From Octopus vulgaris (lineage: Eukaryota), in NCBI GenBank assembly GCA_951406725.2, contig OX597815.1, positions 188,728,001 to 188,792,000 on the forward strand: 64,000 nucleotides of DNA. The letters are read 5' to 3'. Below, piece after piece: positions 1 through 12,737 of the stretch. Numbering within the stretch: position 1 is the stretch's first letter; the number at the start of each line of letters is the position of its first letter. A program made the position numbers and the translations under genes. The notes beneath the pieces are model-generated. The model worked only from the letters and a program-made list of their open reading frames with translations, did not search any database and was not told the origin of the DNA.

Positions 1-450
1 GAACCAACCTTCAACATGCTTAGATTTTGATCATTCCAAATACACAGAATGGTGTTTAGTTTCTGAAAAAAGAATAAAAATTGTTTTAAAATATCTATTT
101 TCCTAAAAGCATTTAATATAATGAAGATTTTATACCCTAACATAAAAAATATTAACTGAATACGTCAAATAATCAGTAAGATACTCAGCAAAATTCATAT
201 TTAAGAAGACACACATTTAAGTTCGCATACACATTCGTAGGAGTATCTACATGTTGTATATACATATGTATATGTATTTATATGTATGTGCATGTGTGTA
301 CATAGATATATATGCCTTAAGTTTATTTCAGTTCAAGGTTAAAATAAATTTCCCATCAAAATATAAGCAAATGCTTCCATATCTAATCCTTATATAGAAG
401 CATATATATATAAATATATATATATGTATGTATATATAGGTATATATATG

Positions 451-537
<87 letters not shown>

Positions 538-1589
538 GCATACATGTATTTATTCACACACAAAGGCAAGCATATCATACTTCTACTAGCTATATCTATT
601 TCAAGTTTCAATCTGAGTTTCAAGCTGTTTTTCAGAAACATTATCTGTTAAATTTTTTCACTTATTTTGAATTATATTTAACAGAATTCCATAGCTATTT
701 TGGATACATTCTTTGAAAAGATATATTTGTGCCATTTCAATTTCTCCTTTCTCAGTTTAGTAGGAGCAGATATGTAAAATACATTATTTTTTTTATTTCA
801 CTGTTTCATATTATTTGCAACTTTCAATCAATTTTATTTATATATTTCATTTTTATATAATTTTATATTCTGAGGATTTAATGAACCTCTTACAACGCTA
901 AAGCTAAGATAAATAAAATGCAATGAAAATTTTATTTCTTATGGCAAATTGAGTACCAAAAGATAAAATAAAAATATTTTAAATAAAATTTAATATAAAA
1001 TATCTTAAGATTCAAATAATTTTAAATATAATGTTGAGATTCACAAAATACTTCTGTTTTGAAGAAAAAATAAAAAGGATATTTAAAATGTGTTTCTTCA
1101 TCAGAAAATTCAACTTTCACACTAGCAAAGTTCAAATCAAATTCAGATTTTTATTTTCTCTGAGTAGTGTCTAGTTGACCTGTTACATAGAGTGGTGAGA
1201 AGTTTAGTTAGTTTTTTTTCTTCTGCTTGGGGGAGAGATAAGACACTTTTTGAAAAATTATTAGTCAGACAATTTTTTAAAATATTTTATAAACACAGTG
1301 TCTACTGATGACACAGTGGGATATATCCACGAAAACTGAACTGGTATCAAAAAAGAAGAAAGACAATTTCACAGACAAATACATTTGTTATGGAAGATTA
1401 GTGTTAAGTAGTGATAAGGGGAATTGCAATGTTATTATCAGTTCAAATATGCTTGAGGCACGTTCGAACTGGGAAAGAAGCTACTCACTGCATTTTGAGA
1501 TGGAGAATATATCTCATTTGTTGATAAATTGTGTGTATACACCTAGATCAGCTCACAATGCATAACTTTTAATTTAAGCTGCCACCTAG

Positions 1590-1971
1590 GTTTGCTCAGA
1601 GTGGCACTCAAGCCCCGTGCTAGTAGGGTATTAAGAGCACCATTCGAGCGTGATTGTTGCCAGAGCAGCTATCTGGCCTCCGTGCTGGTGGCACGTAAGA
1701 GACACCATTCGAGCGTGATCGTTACCAGCATAGCCTTCACTGGCACCTGTGCCGGTGGCATGTGTAAAAGATTCGAGTGAGGTCGTTGCCAGTACTGCCT
1801 CACTGGCACCTAAAAAGCACCCACTACACTCTCGGTATGGTTGGCATTAGGAAGGGCATCCAGCTGTAGAAACTCTGCCAGATCAAGACTGGAGCCTGGT
1901 GCAGCCATCTGGTTCGCCAGACCTCAGTCAAATCGTCCAAACCATGCTAGCATGGAAAGCGGACGTTAAAC

Positions 1972-1990
<19 letters not shown>
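1590..1990 (+). mobile_element. RTE-type LINE 3' UTR/tail fragment
   Basis: Tandem GTGCCGGTGGCAC..AAAAAGCACC units, then the ..ccatgctagcatggaaagcggacgttaaac(GAT)n tail; same tail follows the RTE ORF at 14609-15650. Confidence 0.8.
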
Positions 1991-2019
<29 letters not shown>

Positions 2020-2675
2020 GGTGGGTGGTGGTGGTAGTGATAATGATGATGATGATGATGATGATGACGATGACGGCGATGATGATGATTAACCACTTCC
2101 CATTTTTGTGTCCTGCATGTTTCCCACAAGCAGTTGCCCAAGACAATCAAGCCTGAAAACCTCCTTGAACATTTCACATGCCAGAGTGGCTCTGAGAGAA
2201 CCCATTTCCTCTGGGTAGATGATGGATAAATGTTTCTAGATTATTAAGCTGGTTTTTATTATCTGAATTAACCTTATTAACAATGTATCTTATTACATCT
2301 GAGAATTTTGGCTTCTAATACTATTTTTCAAATTATTTAAATCTTAAAATATTTTAAACTAAATTTTATCGAGAATATTGCTTATTTTTTTTTTTGGTAC
2401 ACAAATATATGTTACTAAATATTGTTTGTATATTCCACATAGTGAAAATTTATTTTCTTAATTTGCACTTTATCATATCTTTTTTCATTCTGCAGTACAT
2501 TAGAAACCCTGCCAGTTCCTCATTGGCTATAGAAAGCTCTCTAAAATTCATAACTTCACAAGAAATTATGGCTTCTTCTTAAATCCTAAACACCTTTTCT
2601 TTTAGGATGTATACGGCTATTTTTTACTATTTCTGACAATTTGCTTCTTAATTCATTCTTCATGTCTTTCTGCAG

Positions 2676-2915
2676 AAAGCACCAATCGATCATGGCCGTT
2701 GCCAGCCTCCCCTGGCACCTGTGCCAGTGGCACGTAAAAAGTACCCACTACACTCACGGAGTGGTTGGCATTAGGAAGGGCGTCCAGCCATAGAAACACT
2801 GCCAGATCAAACTGGAGCCTGGTGCAGCCTCCTGGCTTCCTAGATCCCGGTCAAACTGTCCAACTCATGCAAGCATGGAAAGCAGACGTTGAACGATGAT
2901 GATGATGATGATGAT
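2676..2915 (+). mobile_element. RTE-type LINE 3' tail fragment
   Basis: Same tail sequence ending in (GAT)n. Confidence 0.8.
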
Positions 2916-3239
2916 AAGATGAAGGGATGATACTACTGGTAATGGCCTATGAAAGGACCCTTTCCCCTTGTCATCAGCACATGGCACTGAGGGAATGGTG
3001 AGTGTTTTTATTGTAATTTTCAAAGGTGTAAAAGAAGGTGTTCTGTTCCTGCTGTTATCGTTGCTAGGCATGCTGTTCTTGAAGCTGTCCATTACTCTCA
3101 CTCACTCTTTCTCTCTCTCTATGTCACTCACTCTCTCTCTCATCTCCCACCTCTGTCTTTCCAGCTTCTCAGAGAATAAAATTTTCAAGTGACTTTTACT
3201 GTCACACATATAACAACAATACTTTCTGCCTTATACCAA

Positions 3240-3465
3240 TTTCTTTACAACCCACAAGGGGCTAAACACAGAGAGGACAAACAAGGAGAGACAAACGGAT
3301 TAAGTTGATTATATCGACCCCAGTGCATAACTGATACTTAATTTATCGACCCCGAAAGGATGAAAGGCAAAGTTGACCTCGGCAGAATTTGAACTTAGAA
3401 TGTAGCGGCAGACGAAATACCGCTAAGCATTTCGCCCAGCATGCTAACGTTTCTGCCAGCTTGCC
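3240..3465 (-). mobile_element. SINE family B
   Basis: Reverse complement of agctggcagaa..gagttcaaattc (B box)..gcctttcatcctttcggggtcgataaa..ccccttgtgggt; multicopy in window. Confidence 0.85.
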
Positions 3466-3747
3466 TTATACCACCAGGTTTATTTCTTTTCTGTCTCTTT
3501 GCTCATGATGGGATACAGCTTCAAAATGACTTGCTGGTTTTGGGAGCTCACTAAGACTTGATTGTCTATGAGGATACCTCTAAACCACATATCTTTTCTA
3601 GTCACTTCAACACTCATAACCTGCCCAAACTGAGCCATAAGGGTGACAAGTCAAGGTTAATGCCATCATAAATGTCTCTTGCTGTGACATTTGTTTTACA
3701 GTGTCTCAAGTACTATGGCACCTGCCTATAGGTAGGTGTGTGATCAT

Positions 3748-4169
3748 CACTGGATTAACCATTAAGCAAAATAAGCACATGCTTAGGGCATCAAGGAAGG
3801 AAAGGGCACCAAATAAATGGTAAATGATTTATGGCACAAAAGAAATCCCTTTAAACTTACTAAAATAATATTCGAGATGCCTTTATCTCTGCTAAGTATA
3901 GATGCAGATGTGTTACCTAAGATTCATTTTGAGGATCTGATCAAAGACTTTGCAATTCAAAAAAGTAGGAGGAAACTTTTCAAATAGAAATAAAGTGGAA
4001 GTATACGAAAATAAACATTATTTTCCCTCTTACTGTTTTGTTTTGTTTTGAAAAATGAAAATTTATTTTATGGTTTGTTATTGTTTATATTTTGAATTAC
4101 ATGATCTTTTATGGGGGCACCAAAATCTTTTGAGTTCTTAGGGCCTCGATGGATCTCAATCCAACCCTG
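3748..4169. mobile_element. Degenerate MITE-like element
   Basis: Imperfect terminal inverted repeats (ctggattaa.. / ..tcaatccaaccctg) and internal repeated cttagggc(a/c)tc and gggcaccaaa motifs. Confidence 0.35.
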
Positions 4170-4400
4170 TGTGTGATGCACCAATTCTTCATACTTTCCT
4201 GTTCCATATTCAGTCCCGAAAACCAGACGCACACTTCTGTATGCCCCACAGCAGTTAATGAAAATCAGATTCTTCTACACATTGGCCAGGGTTTCCTTTT
4301 TGACTGTTCTCTTGAGAATTTGCTTAAAATGTTTTCATTTTCTGAGAGAAGCAGAATGTTACTTGTTTCCATCTTCTTTCTCCAACAAAATCTTCTTATA

Positions 4401-4757
4401 GGCGCAGGAGTGGCTGTGTGGTAAGTAGCTTGTTTACCAACCACATGGTCCCGGGTTCAGTCCCACTGCGTGGCACCTTGGGCAAGTGTCTTCTATTATA
4501 GCCTCGGGCTGACCAAAACCTTGTGAGTGGATTTGGTAGATGGAAACTGAAAGAAGCCCATCGTATATATGTATATATGCGTGTGTGTTTGTGTGTCTGT
4601 GTTTGTCCCCCTAGCTTTGCTTGACAACCGATGCTGGTGTGTTTATGTCCCCGTTACTTAGCGGTTCAGCAAAATCGAGTTGCTCGATTAAAGGTGGTGC
4701 TCCCGCATGGCCGCAGTCAAATGACTGAAACAAGTAAGAGAGTAAAGAGTAAAGAGT
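4401..4757 (+). mobile_element. SINE family A (tRNA-derived)
   Basis: Head ggcgcaggagtggctgtgtggtaag..gggttcagtccc (A/B-box like), central (TA)n(TG)n, tail gactgaaacaag(taaaagag)n; over 20 copies in window. Confidence 0.9.
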
Positions 4758-5869
4758 ATTGTTCATCATTTTTTTTAATGTTCACTTTTCCATGCTTACA
4801 TGAGTTGGATGGAGTTTATTGATTTTCTATGCCTGGTTGGTTTTCCTGCCACCACCCCTCTTATACACTCACACACACACACATATATACACGTATGTGT
4901 GTGTGTGTGTGTGTGTAATCAAACATAATGAAAATGGAGGATTATAAATCATCAAAATTTATGTTACTGTATTTTCTTTTTATTCCCTTCCGATACGTGT
5001 TTCTGCTAGATAAATGATTGAGTGTCCTTTAATATAGTAGTTAGGTGCATTCAGTTGATTTATATCAAAATCTAAAGGTTGACAATCCCATGCAGTTTTA
5101 TTCGAGGTGTCACCTATAGTGCTGGGTAAAACAAAATGAAAATTCAAGAATTAGATATATGTTCTTTAAGTATTTGTTTATTCCTTCTTGAGCCATGCCT
5201 AACTCATAGGGCTGGTTTCCCTGTTTCCTTGGCTTATAGGTTCCTCACCTGGACAGAATGCCAGTCTGTCGTAGGTGAGCTGCAAGATGTAGGAGAAAAG
5301 AGTTAAAATAATTAAAAATAATTTCAGTACTTAACTGGTACTTTATTTTATTAATCCAACATTAATCCAGCCTGTGCTAGCATGGAAAAACGACGTTAAA
5401 CGATGATGATGATGACGAATGAAAGCAAAGTTAATACTGGTGAAATTTCATTCCAGATACTAAAGTGCCATAACAAAATATTGCAAGGCATTTTGTCTAA
5501 TGTTTCAATGATTATGCTAACTTAACTCACTAATAAAAAATAATTGGGATATGAACAAGGAATGTAAATGTACTTTGTCCAGCAGCCTTTGCTATTTTGT
5601 AACTGACCAACACATGCACATAAACACATACACACAAATCTCCATTCTTCTCTCAGGGAGTGCCACTAGATTTAGCTTAACAAATTCATTTGAACTTTTG
5701 GAATTACACACAACTATGACATCATGTACATCTATTACACATGAGTATGATTGCAGGATGAGCCATGGTGCTCCCGAAACAGCTGCTGAGATAAGATTCT
5801 TCACCTAACTCCTGTTGTTTTCTTTACTCTGTAATCTGTATTTTGTATTCCATGTCATTATACAACTGA

Positions 5870-6320
5870 ATGCATTTGCCATATTCTGAACACCTTACTT
5901 CCCTGGGGATGGATACATTGAAACTCCAACATCTGGCACCTGACTTGGCAGTCACCCATAAAATTATTAACCATCTTACAAACAATAACTCTGAGCACCT
6001 TTTCAAACTCCATCTGTCTAACACCTGTGGACAAGTTTACAAAGTCAGAAAACAGCACAGCTCCCATGATTTTCGGAAACATTTTTTCACACTAAGAGTT
6101 ACTGAAGAATGGAAAAAACTGCCGGCATCCTTCAAAACTTCCATGCTTCCTGAGATCTGCCAACACTACACTTCATTTTCTCCTCTCCATACACACACAA
6201 GAATGTATCTGACTCATACACTGTTCACTTCCCAGACATTTGTACATTACTGTATATATTTTATATGCACTTTTGACAAGTTGTGGTGCACCTGAGCACT
6301 GTATACAATAATTTCATTAT
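5870..6320 (+). mobile_element. CR1-like LINE ORF2 C-terminal remnant plus 3' UTR
   Basis: LPYSEHLTSLGMDTLKLQHLAPDL..HKII..NTCGQVYKV..RKHFFTLRVTEEWKKLP matches the CR1-clade Y.ERL..L..RR..DL..YKI..TRGH..RK.FF..RV..WN.LP motif. Confidence 0.85.
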
Positions 6321-6330
6321 TTTTTTTTCT

Positions 6331-6684
6331 TTCTTTTCTTTTAATTGTTTCAGTCATTTGACTGCGGCCATGCTGGAGCACCGCCTTTAATCGAGCAACT
6401 CGACCCCGGGACTTATTCTTTGTAAGCCCAGTACTTATTCTATCGGCCTCTTTTGCCGAACCGCTAAGTGACGGGGACATAAACACACCAGCATCTGTTG
6501 TCAAGCAATGCTAGGAGGACAAACACAGACACACAAACACACACACATACATATATACATATATACGACGGGCTTCTTTCAGTTTCCGTCTACCAAATCC
6601 ACTCACAAGGCTTTGGTCGGCCCGAGGCTATAGTAGACGACACTTGCCCAAGGTGCCACGCAGTGGGACTGAACCCGGAACCAT
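6331..6684 (-). mobile_element. SINE family A, 5'-truncated
   Basis: Reverse complement match to family A. Confidence 0.9.
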
Positions 6685-7319
6685 TATATATATATTTTTT
6701 AAACCTATGTGTATTTATCTGCATTTCTACCTCAATATATAAATTATTGTTGAGTTAATGAGAAATGAGAAATTACAGAATGCAATTTGTAGAATATTCT
6801 TTGATACATTGTAACTAAATGGCTCACAATTCCAGTGCTCCGAATTGCACATTTTTTGATTATTCAGCAGGTAATTGGAGCTGGTTTTTCTTCTGAGATA
6901 TCTCTTGTTTGAGTGTATTTTGAAACATTATATCAAAGTTATGAAGTAAACACTTATCTTTATGTTCTTATTAAAAAAAAAACCTTGTGAGTGACACTTA
7001 CAAAAAACGGTTGTTTCAAGTTCATGCTTTCATTTCGTTTTTTGCTCTCATGGGAATATGCCACATGTTTTGAGTTTAATGCAAGCAAGATCACTCGAAT
7101 AACTTACTTCATGAAATTGCTTTGTTGCTTAAGTAATATTTTAAAGTAATATTTGAAAGCGATGTATGTGTGCATACACCTGTGAGTGTGTGGTTTGTGT
7201 GCATCTGCACAGATGCATATATTTCAGCCATACATATATACACATATCTACACATATCTACACATATATGCATAAATATATGTATGAATACACACACACA
7301 CACACACACATATATAAAT

Positions 7320-7740
7320 TCATACATAAACATGCACATACATTTTCATACATACATACATACATACAGACATACATACATACATACATACATACATACA
7401 TACATACAGACATACATGCATACAAACATACATACATACATACATACATACAAACATACATGCATGAATACATACATACATACATACATACATACATACA
7501 TACATACATACATACATACAAACATACATACATACATACAGACATACATACATACATGCATACATACATAAAAAATACATACATACAAACATACATACAT
7601 GCATACATACATACATACATACATACATACATACATACATGTATTCAAGCACACATACATACAAACATACATACATGCATACATACATACATACATGCAT
7701 ACATACATACATACATACATGTATTCAAGCACACACATAT
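7320..7740. repeat. (CATA)n microsatellite
   Basis: Directly visible; source of the YIHT/MYVC ORFs. Confidence 0.95.
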
Positions 7741-8425
7741 AAATGTATATACTTATATATATGTTAAGTAAACATTTCAAAACCATGACAAAATTGAAGG
7801 AGGCTGGTATTTACATAAAAGACACTTAACTCCGTGCATACAATGCATCAACAATTCAGTTCTTTTGTTCAACCATAACTATTTTGAGCCAAAATTCTTA
7901 AATATTTGTACAAAGACGACACCACGTTTTTGATTTGCAGCTACCATTCCTGTATTGTAATGACTTAAATTGAACAGGTAATTTTGAATTCGTGAGGACT
8001 TGTCTCATACAAAAACCATTTAAATTTCAATGAAATTGTAGCTCGTTCATTATCAGGGTTCACAATGAATGCCTATGCTCATAAGATTGGTGTTTGAATG
8101 TTAGTTCAGTTGCCTCAAGATCTCAAAGTTGTGGTTTTGATTCCCAGACTGGTGATGTGTTGTATTCTTTAGCAAAACACTTCGTTTCCTGCTGTTCCAG
8201 TCCACTAAGCCTATAAATGGGTACCCTTACAATGAATTGGCTTTCTGATCAGAGGGTATTTTGGCCTGCCCCTGACCAGTGAGGCAACATCATTTGAAAG
8301 CTACAACAATGTAAGGAAGGGCATTTTGACCAGAAGTGCATAATTATATATGATAATGTGATTGATATAGCAATACTGTGATATGCATACATGTATGTAT
8401 GTGTGCATTTATATATGCATGTGTG

Positions 8426-8652
8426 TAGGTAATAATTATCATTAAAATTATAATTAAGGGTATCTAAAAGATACCATCATGTTAGAGATAGCAGTCAAAA
8501 TTTAACTCTAAAATCACATCAAATATTCATAGAGCACCTGGTGCTGTATGAATACTTGATGTGGTTTTAGAGTCAAGTTTTGACTGCTATCTCTAGCATG
8601 ATGGTATCTATTAGATACCCTTAATTATAATTTTAATGATAATTATTACCTA
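8426..8652. repeat. Near-perfect ~112 bp-arm palindrome with 3-nt loop
   Basis: taggtaataattatc..agcac CTG gtgct..gataattattaccta. Confidence 0.95.
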
Positions 8653-8923
8653 TGAGATTTTTATTCCCATGCTAGCCACTTGATATGATTGGTATTTTAA
8701 ACAACGATCTTATACTTATTTATATAAATTTATATGTGTGTAGGTAGGTATTGGGGTGAATGAACTAACATTCAAAAATAGATTTTATGAGCATGAGCAT
8801 TCATTTGTCAGCAATGATAAAAAGGAAAAGGCACAACAGCTGTATTTACATTTATATGAATATTGCTTTTTCTCCAACTTACAAACAAGTAACTGATAAT
8901 ACATACATACAAATATATATATA

Positions 8924-9229
8924 GGTGCAGGCATGGTTATGTGGTAAGACACTTGCATCCCAACCACATGGCCTCAGGTTCAGTCCCACTTGATGTCACC
9001 TGGGGTGTCTTTTACTATAATCCTCAGGCTGACCAAAGCCTTGTGAGTGGATTTGATAAACGGAAACTGAGAGAAGCCTATTGGATATATATGAAGGGCA
9101 TCCAGCTGTAGAAACACTGCCAGATCTGACTGGCCTGGTGCAGCCTTCGGGCTCCCCAGACCCCAGTTGAACCGTCCAACCCATTCTAGCATGGAAAGCG
9201 GACGTTAAATGATGATGATGATGATGATG

Positions 9230-9267
<38 letters not shown>

Positions 9268-9478
9268 TTTTGTATCTGTGTTTGTCCCCATCACCATACC
9301 TTGACAACCGATGCTGGTGTATTTATGTCCCTGTAACTTAGTGGCTCAGCAGAAGAGACCGATAGAATAAGTACTAGGCTTAAAAAGAATAAGTCCTGGG
9401 GTTTATTTGTTCAACCAAAAGTGGTGCTCCAGCATGGCCACAGTCAAATGACTGAAACAAGTAAAAGAATAAAAGAAT
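8924..9478 (+). mobile_element. SINE family A with RTE tail (~9092-9230) inserted in its central microsatellite
   Basis: Family A head and tail flank gaagggcatccagc..(GAT)n. Confidence 0.85.
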
Positions 9479-9494
9479 ATATATACACACATAC

Positions 9495-9852
9495 TTTTAT
9501 TCTTTTACTTGCTTCAGTCATTTGACTGTGGCTATGCTGGAGCACTACTTTTAGTCAAACAAATTGACCCCAGGACTTATTCCTTGTAAGCCTTGTACTT
9601 ATTCTATCGGTCACTTTGCTGAACCACTAAGTTACAGAGTCGTAAATACACCACCATCGGTTGTCAAGTGATGATGGGGGACAGACACAGACACACAAAC
9701 ATACACGCACTCGCATATATATACGATGGGCTTCTTTCAGTTTCCATCTACCAAATCCACTCACAAGGCTTTGGTTGGCTTGAGGCTATAGTAGAAGACA
9801 CACAGTGGGACTGAACCCGGAACCATGTGGTTGGTAAGCAAGCTACTTACCA
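9495..9852 (-). mobile_element. SINE family A
   Basis: Reverse complement match; tail-to-tail with the previous copy. Confidence 0.9.
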
Positions 9853-9894
9853 TGCATGCAGAAGTACTTTACAATTATCAAAGTTGTTGTTATT

Positions 9895-10197
9895 TGTTCC
9901 TTCTCGAGCCATGCCTGGCTCATAAGGGCCGGTTTCCCGGTTTCTTGGCATATAGGTTCCCCACCTGGACGGGATGCTGGTCCGTCGCAGGTGAGCTGCA
10001 AAATGCAGGAGGAAAGAATGAGAGAATGTTGTGGTGAAAGAGTCAGCAGAAGTTTCGCCATTACCTTCTGCCGGAGCTGTGTGGAGCTTAGGTGTTTCAC
10101 TCATAAACACACACATCATCACCCGGTCTGAGATTCGAACCCGTGACCCCTCGACCGCGAGTCCACTGCTCTAACCATTAAGGTCATGTGCCTCCAC
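9895..10197 (-). mobile_element. SINE family C (tRNA-Arg-like head)
   Basis: Minus strand gtggaggcacatgac..tggttagagcagtggacTCGcggtc..gggttcgaatctc; multicopy. Confidence 0.85.
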
Positions 10198-10939
10198 AAT
10201 TATCAAAGAGTCATATCTAAATTTGCTTTTAGTAATAAGTCGATATAAGTATAAGCGACATATTAACTTTGATAGAGTTGGTAGTGATTAGTCATACAGG
10301 AATGAAGAAAAAGAAAAAAAACTACTTATAAAAGCTTCATTTCAAAATATAATGTGATTATCAGGTGTTGGTTTGTAAAACAGAGGCAAAGATAGAAAAG
10401 ACAATAATTAAGGCAAAAAAAAACACGAAGAAACATTTGTCAGTGAATGATTGATTAGAAACAGATAATAAATTCATGTATTTCTAACCATCTATGTATT
10501 ATACATAACATATATATGCTGCTGATTGGCCAGTTCCTGAGATAAATGCTCTAGGGGTGTTTTTTTCATCTCTCTCTCTGATATTGTCTTTTTTAACACA
10601 GTATGTCCATAAGAGATGTTATCTCAGGATGAATACTGCAGTAATTGGCCTATTGATGGTGTATATAATGGTCGTTTAAATTTGATACTGTCTTGGTTGG
10701 GTATACTGGATTCATGTTTGTGTATTGCATTGACATGTGCTGGCAGAAATAACATCCACTGTTATACATTATCATAAAGATACATTCTTTTCATTTGTTC
10801 CTCTCTCTCTCCTCATACACACATCCATCCATACATATCTATAAACATTATACTACATATATATATATGTATGTGTGTATGTCATCATCATCATCATCAT
10901 CATCGTTTAGCGTCCTTTTTCCATGCTAGCATGGTGTAT

Positions 10940-11146
10940 ATCAAAATGTGACCGCTTGTGTACCATTGGCGATTTTTTTCCTCTGTCTTCCCTTCTCTGG
11001 ATCTTTCCATCTCCTATGTTTCCGATGAAGAGCTCCGCTCGAAACGTTAAACCCTCCTTCTTTCCTTCTTTCCTGAGCGTCCAATAATACTATATTTGTT
11101 CCACGTCCTCGCGTTGTTGTGTATTTTTGTGCTTTCATGTTTGGAT

Positions 11147-11150
<4 letters not shown>
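10940..11150 (+). mobile_element. ORF-less Penelope-like terminal fragment next to (TA)n
   Basis: Homologous to 39836-40050 (-) and 51960-52108 (+); carries a minimal hammerhead; pyrimidine-rich end abutting (TA)n. Penelope assignment is inferred. Confidence 0.6.
11018..11052 (+). ncRNA. Minimal type I hammerhead-like motif (core CCGAUGA)
   Basis: gttt CCGATGA a gagc tcc gctc GAAA C GT T aaac. Confidence 0.65.
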
Positions 11151-11213
<63 letters not shown>

Positions 11214-11214
11214 G

Positions 11215-11540
11215 TCACCTTACTGGCACTTGTGCTGGTGGCATGTGAAAATACATTCGAGCGGGGTTGTTGCCAGTGCCGCTGGACTGGCTCCAGTGCA
11301 GGTGGCACATAAAAAGCACCATTTGAGCATGGCTTTTGCCAGTACCACCTGACTGGCCCTTGTGCTGATGGCACATAAAAGCACCCACTACACTCTCGGA
11401 GTGGTTGGCATTAGGAAGGGCATCCAGCTGTAGAAACTCTGCCAGATCAGATTGGAGCCTTGTGCAGCCATCTGGTTCGCCAGACCTCAGTCAAATCGTC
11501 CAACCCATGCTAGCATGGAAAGTGGATGTTAAACGATTAT
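11215..11540 (+). mobile_element. RTE-type LINE 3' tail fragment
   Basis: Same tail family. Confidence 0.8.
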
Positions 11541-11818
11541 GTATATATATATATATATATAAATATTAAAATTACTAAGTCTCTCTAAAGGAGATTATGG
11601 CAGTGTTACTAGATATTAATAGTTATCGCCATACTAATATGGCAGTCTATAAATATAAGACTAAAGCTGTCGCTGATTAGCTCCAAGAGGCCATCGCCTC
11701 TAGCTAGCTATATGATACACGAACCTGCATCCATTACAACCTTAGAACAGGGGTTATATATATATATATACGTTTATGAATTTGTTTCGTTAGGAAAAAT
11801 ATCACCATCCCTAAATAT

Positions 11819-11856
<38 letters not shown>

Positions 11857-11904
11857 TATAGAACGGTTTGTACATTGATTATTGTGAGTAGTCCACTCTC
11901 ATGG

Positions 11905-12017
11905 AGCTTTAGATGTTTTCGCTCAATAAACACACACAACACCCAGTCTGGGAATCGAAACCGTGATCCTCTAACCATGAGTCCGCTGCCCTAACCACTG
12001 GGCCATTGTGCCTCCAC
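11905..12017 (-). mobile_element. SINE family C head fragment
   Basis: Minus strand gtggaggcacaatggcccagtggttagggcagcggac.. Confidence 0.8.
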
Positions 12018-12282
12018 AAAGAAGACATGTAGTTCCATATTAAACACAGTTGAAAATCTTTAATGAAAGATATTCCAATTATGACAATCTTTCAAATTGT
12101 AGATCAGGAATTATATTCTTCTGTGTAGCCTTTATTTATAAGTGTGCTTTGAGGGAGTTCGTGTTGCTGTTTTCAGCAAACAGAATATCACAAAGTTAAA
12201 ATGTGTTTGTTTAAGAAATCCAGATATGTCTAATGGTAAAAGTGTTTAGTGTTAAGAAGAGTGTTTGCAAAAAATTACAATA

Positions 12283-12449
12283 GGCATAGGAGTGGCTGTG
12301 TGGTAAGTAACTTGCTTATCAACCACATGGTTCCGGGTTCAGTCCCACTGTGTGGCACCTTGGGCAAATGTCTTCTACTAAAGCTTCGGGCCACCCAAAG
12401 CCGTGTGAGTGGATTTGGTAGACAGAAACTGAAAGAAGCCCATCGTATA

Positions 12450-12508
<59 letters not shown>

Positions 12509-12737
12509 GTGTGTGTATATGTTTGTGTGTCTGTGTTTGCCACCCCCCCAACATCGCTTGACAACCGATGCTGGTATGTTTAGGTCCCCGTCACTTAGTG
12601 GTTCAGCAAAAGAGACGGATAGAATAAGTACTAGGCTTACAAAGAATAAGTCGTGGGGGGGGGGGTCGATTTGCTCGACTAAAAAGGCAGTGCTCCAGCA
12701 TGGCCACAGTCAAATGACTGAAACAAGTAAAAGAGTA
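12283..12737 (+). mobile_element. SINE family A
   Basis: Full head-microsatellite-tail match. Confidence 0.9.

Noticed and set aside
1090-1106. Minus-strand CTGATGAAGAAAC
   Set aside because: No stem II between the core halves; probably chance
1299-1350. CTGATGA caca gtggga tata tccac GAAA hammerhead-like string
   Set aside because: No correctly placed UH and no stem I partner
7166-7786. Long ORFs (up to 295 aa) rich in YI/HT/MYVC/SL/I, here and at 23109, 24198, 55129-56700 and 57738
   Set aside because: Translations of stop-free microsatellites
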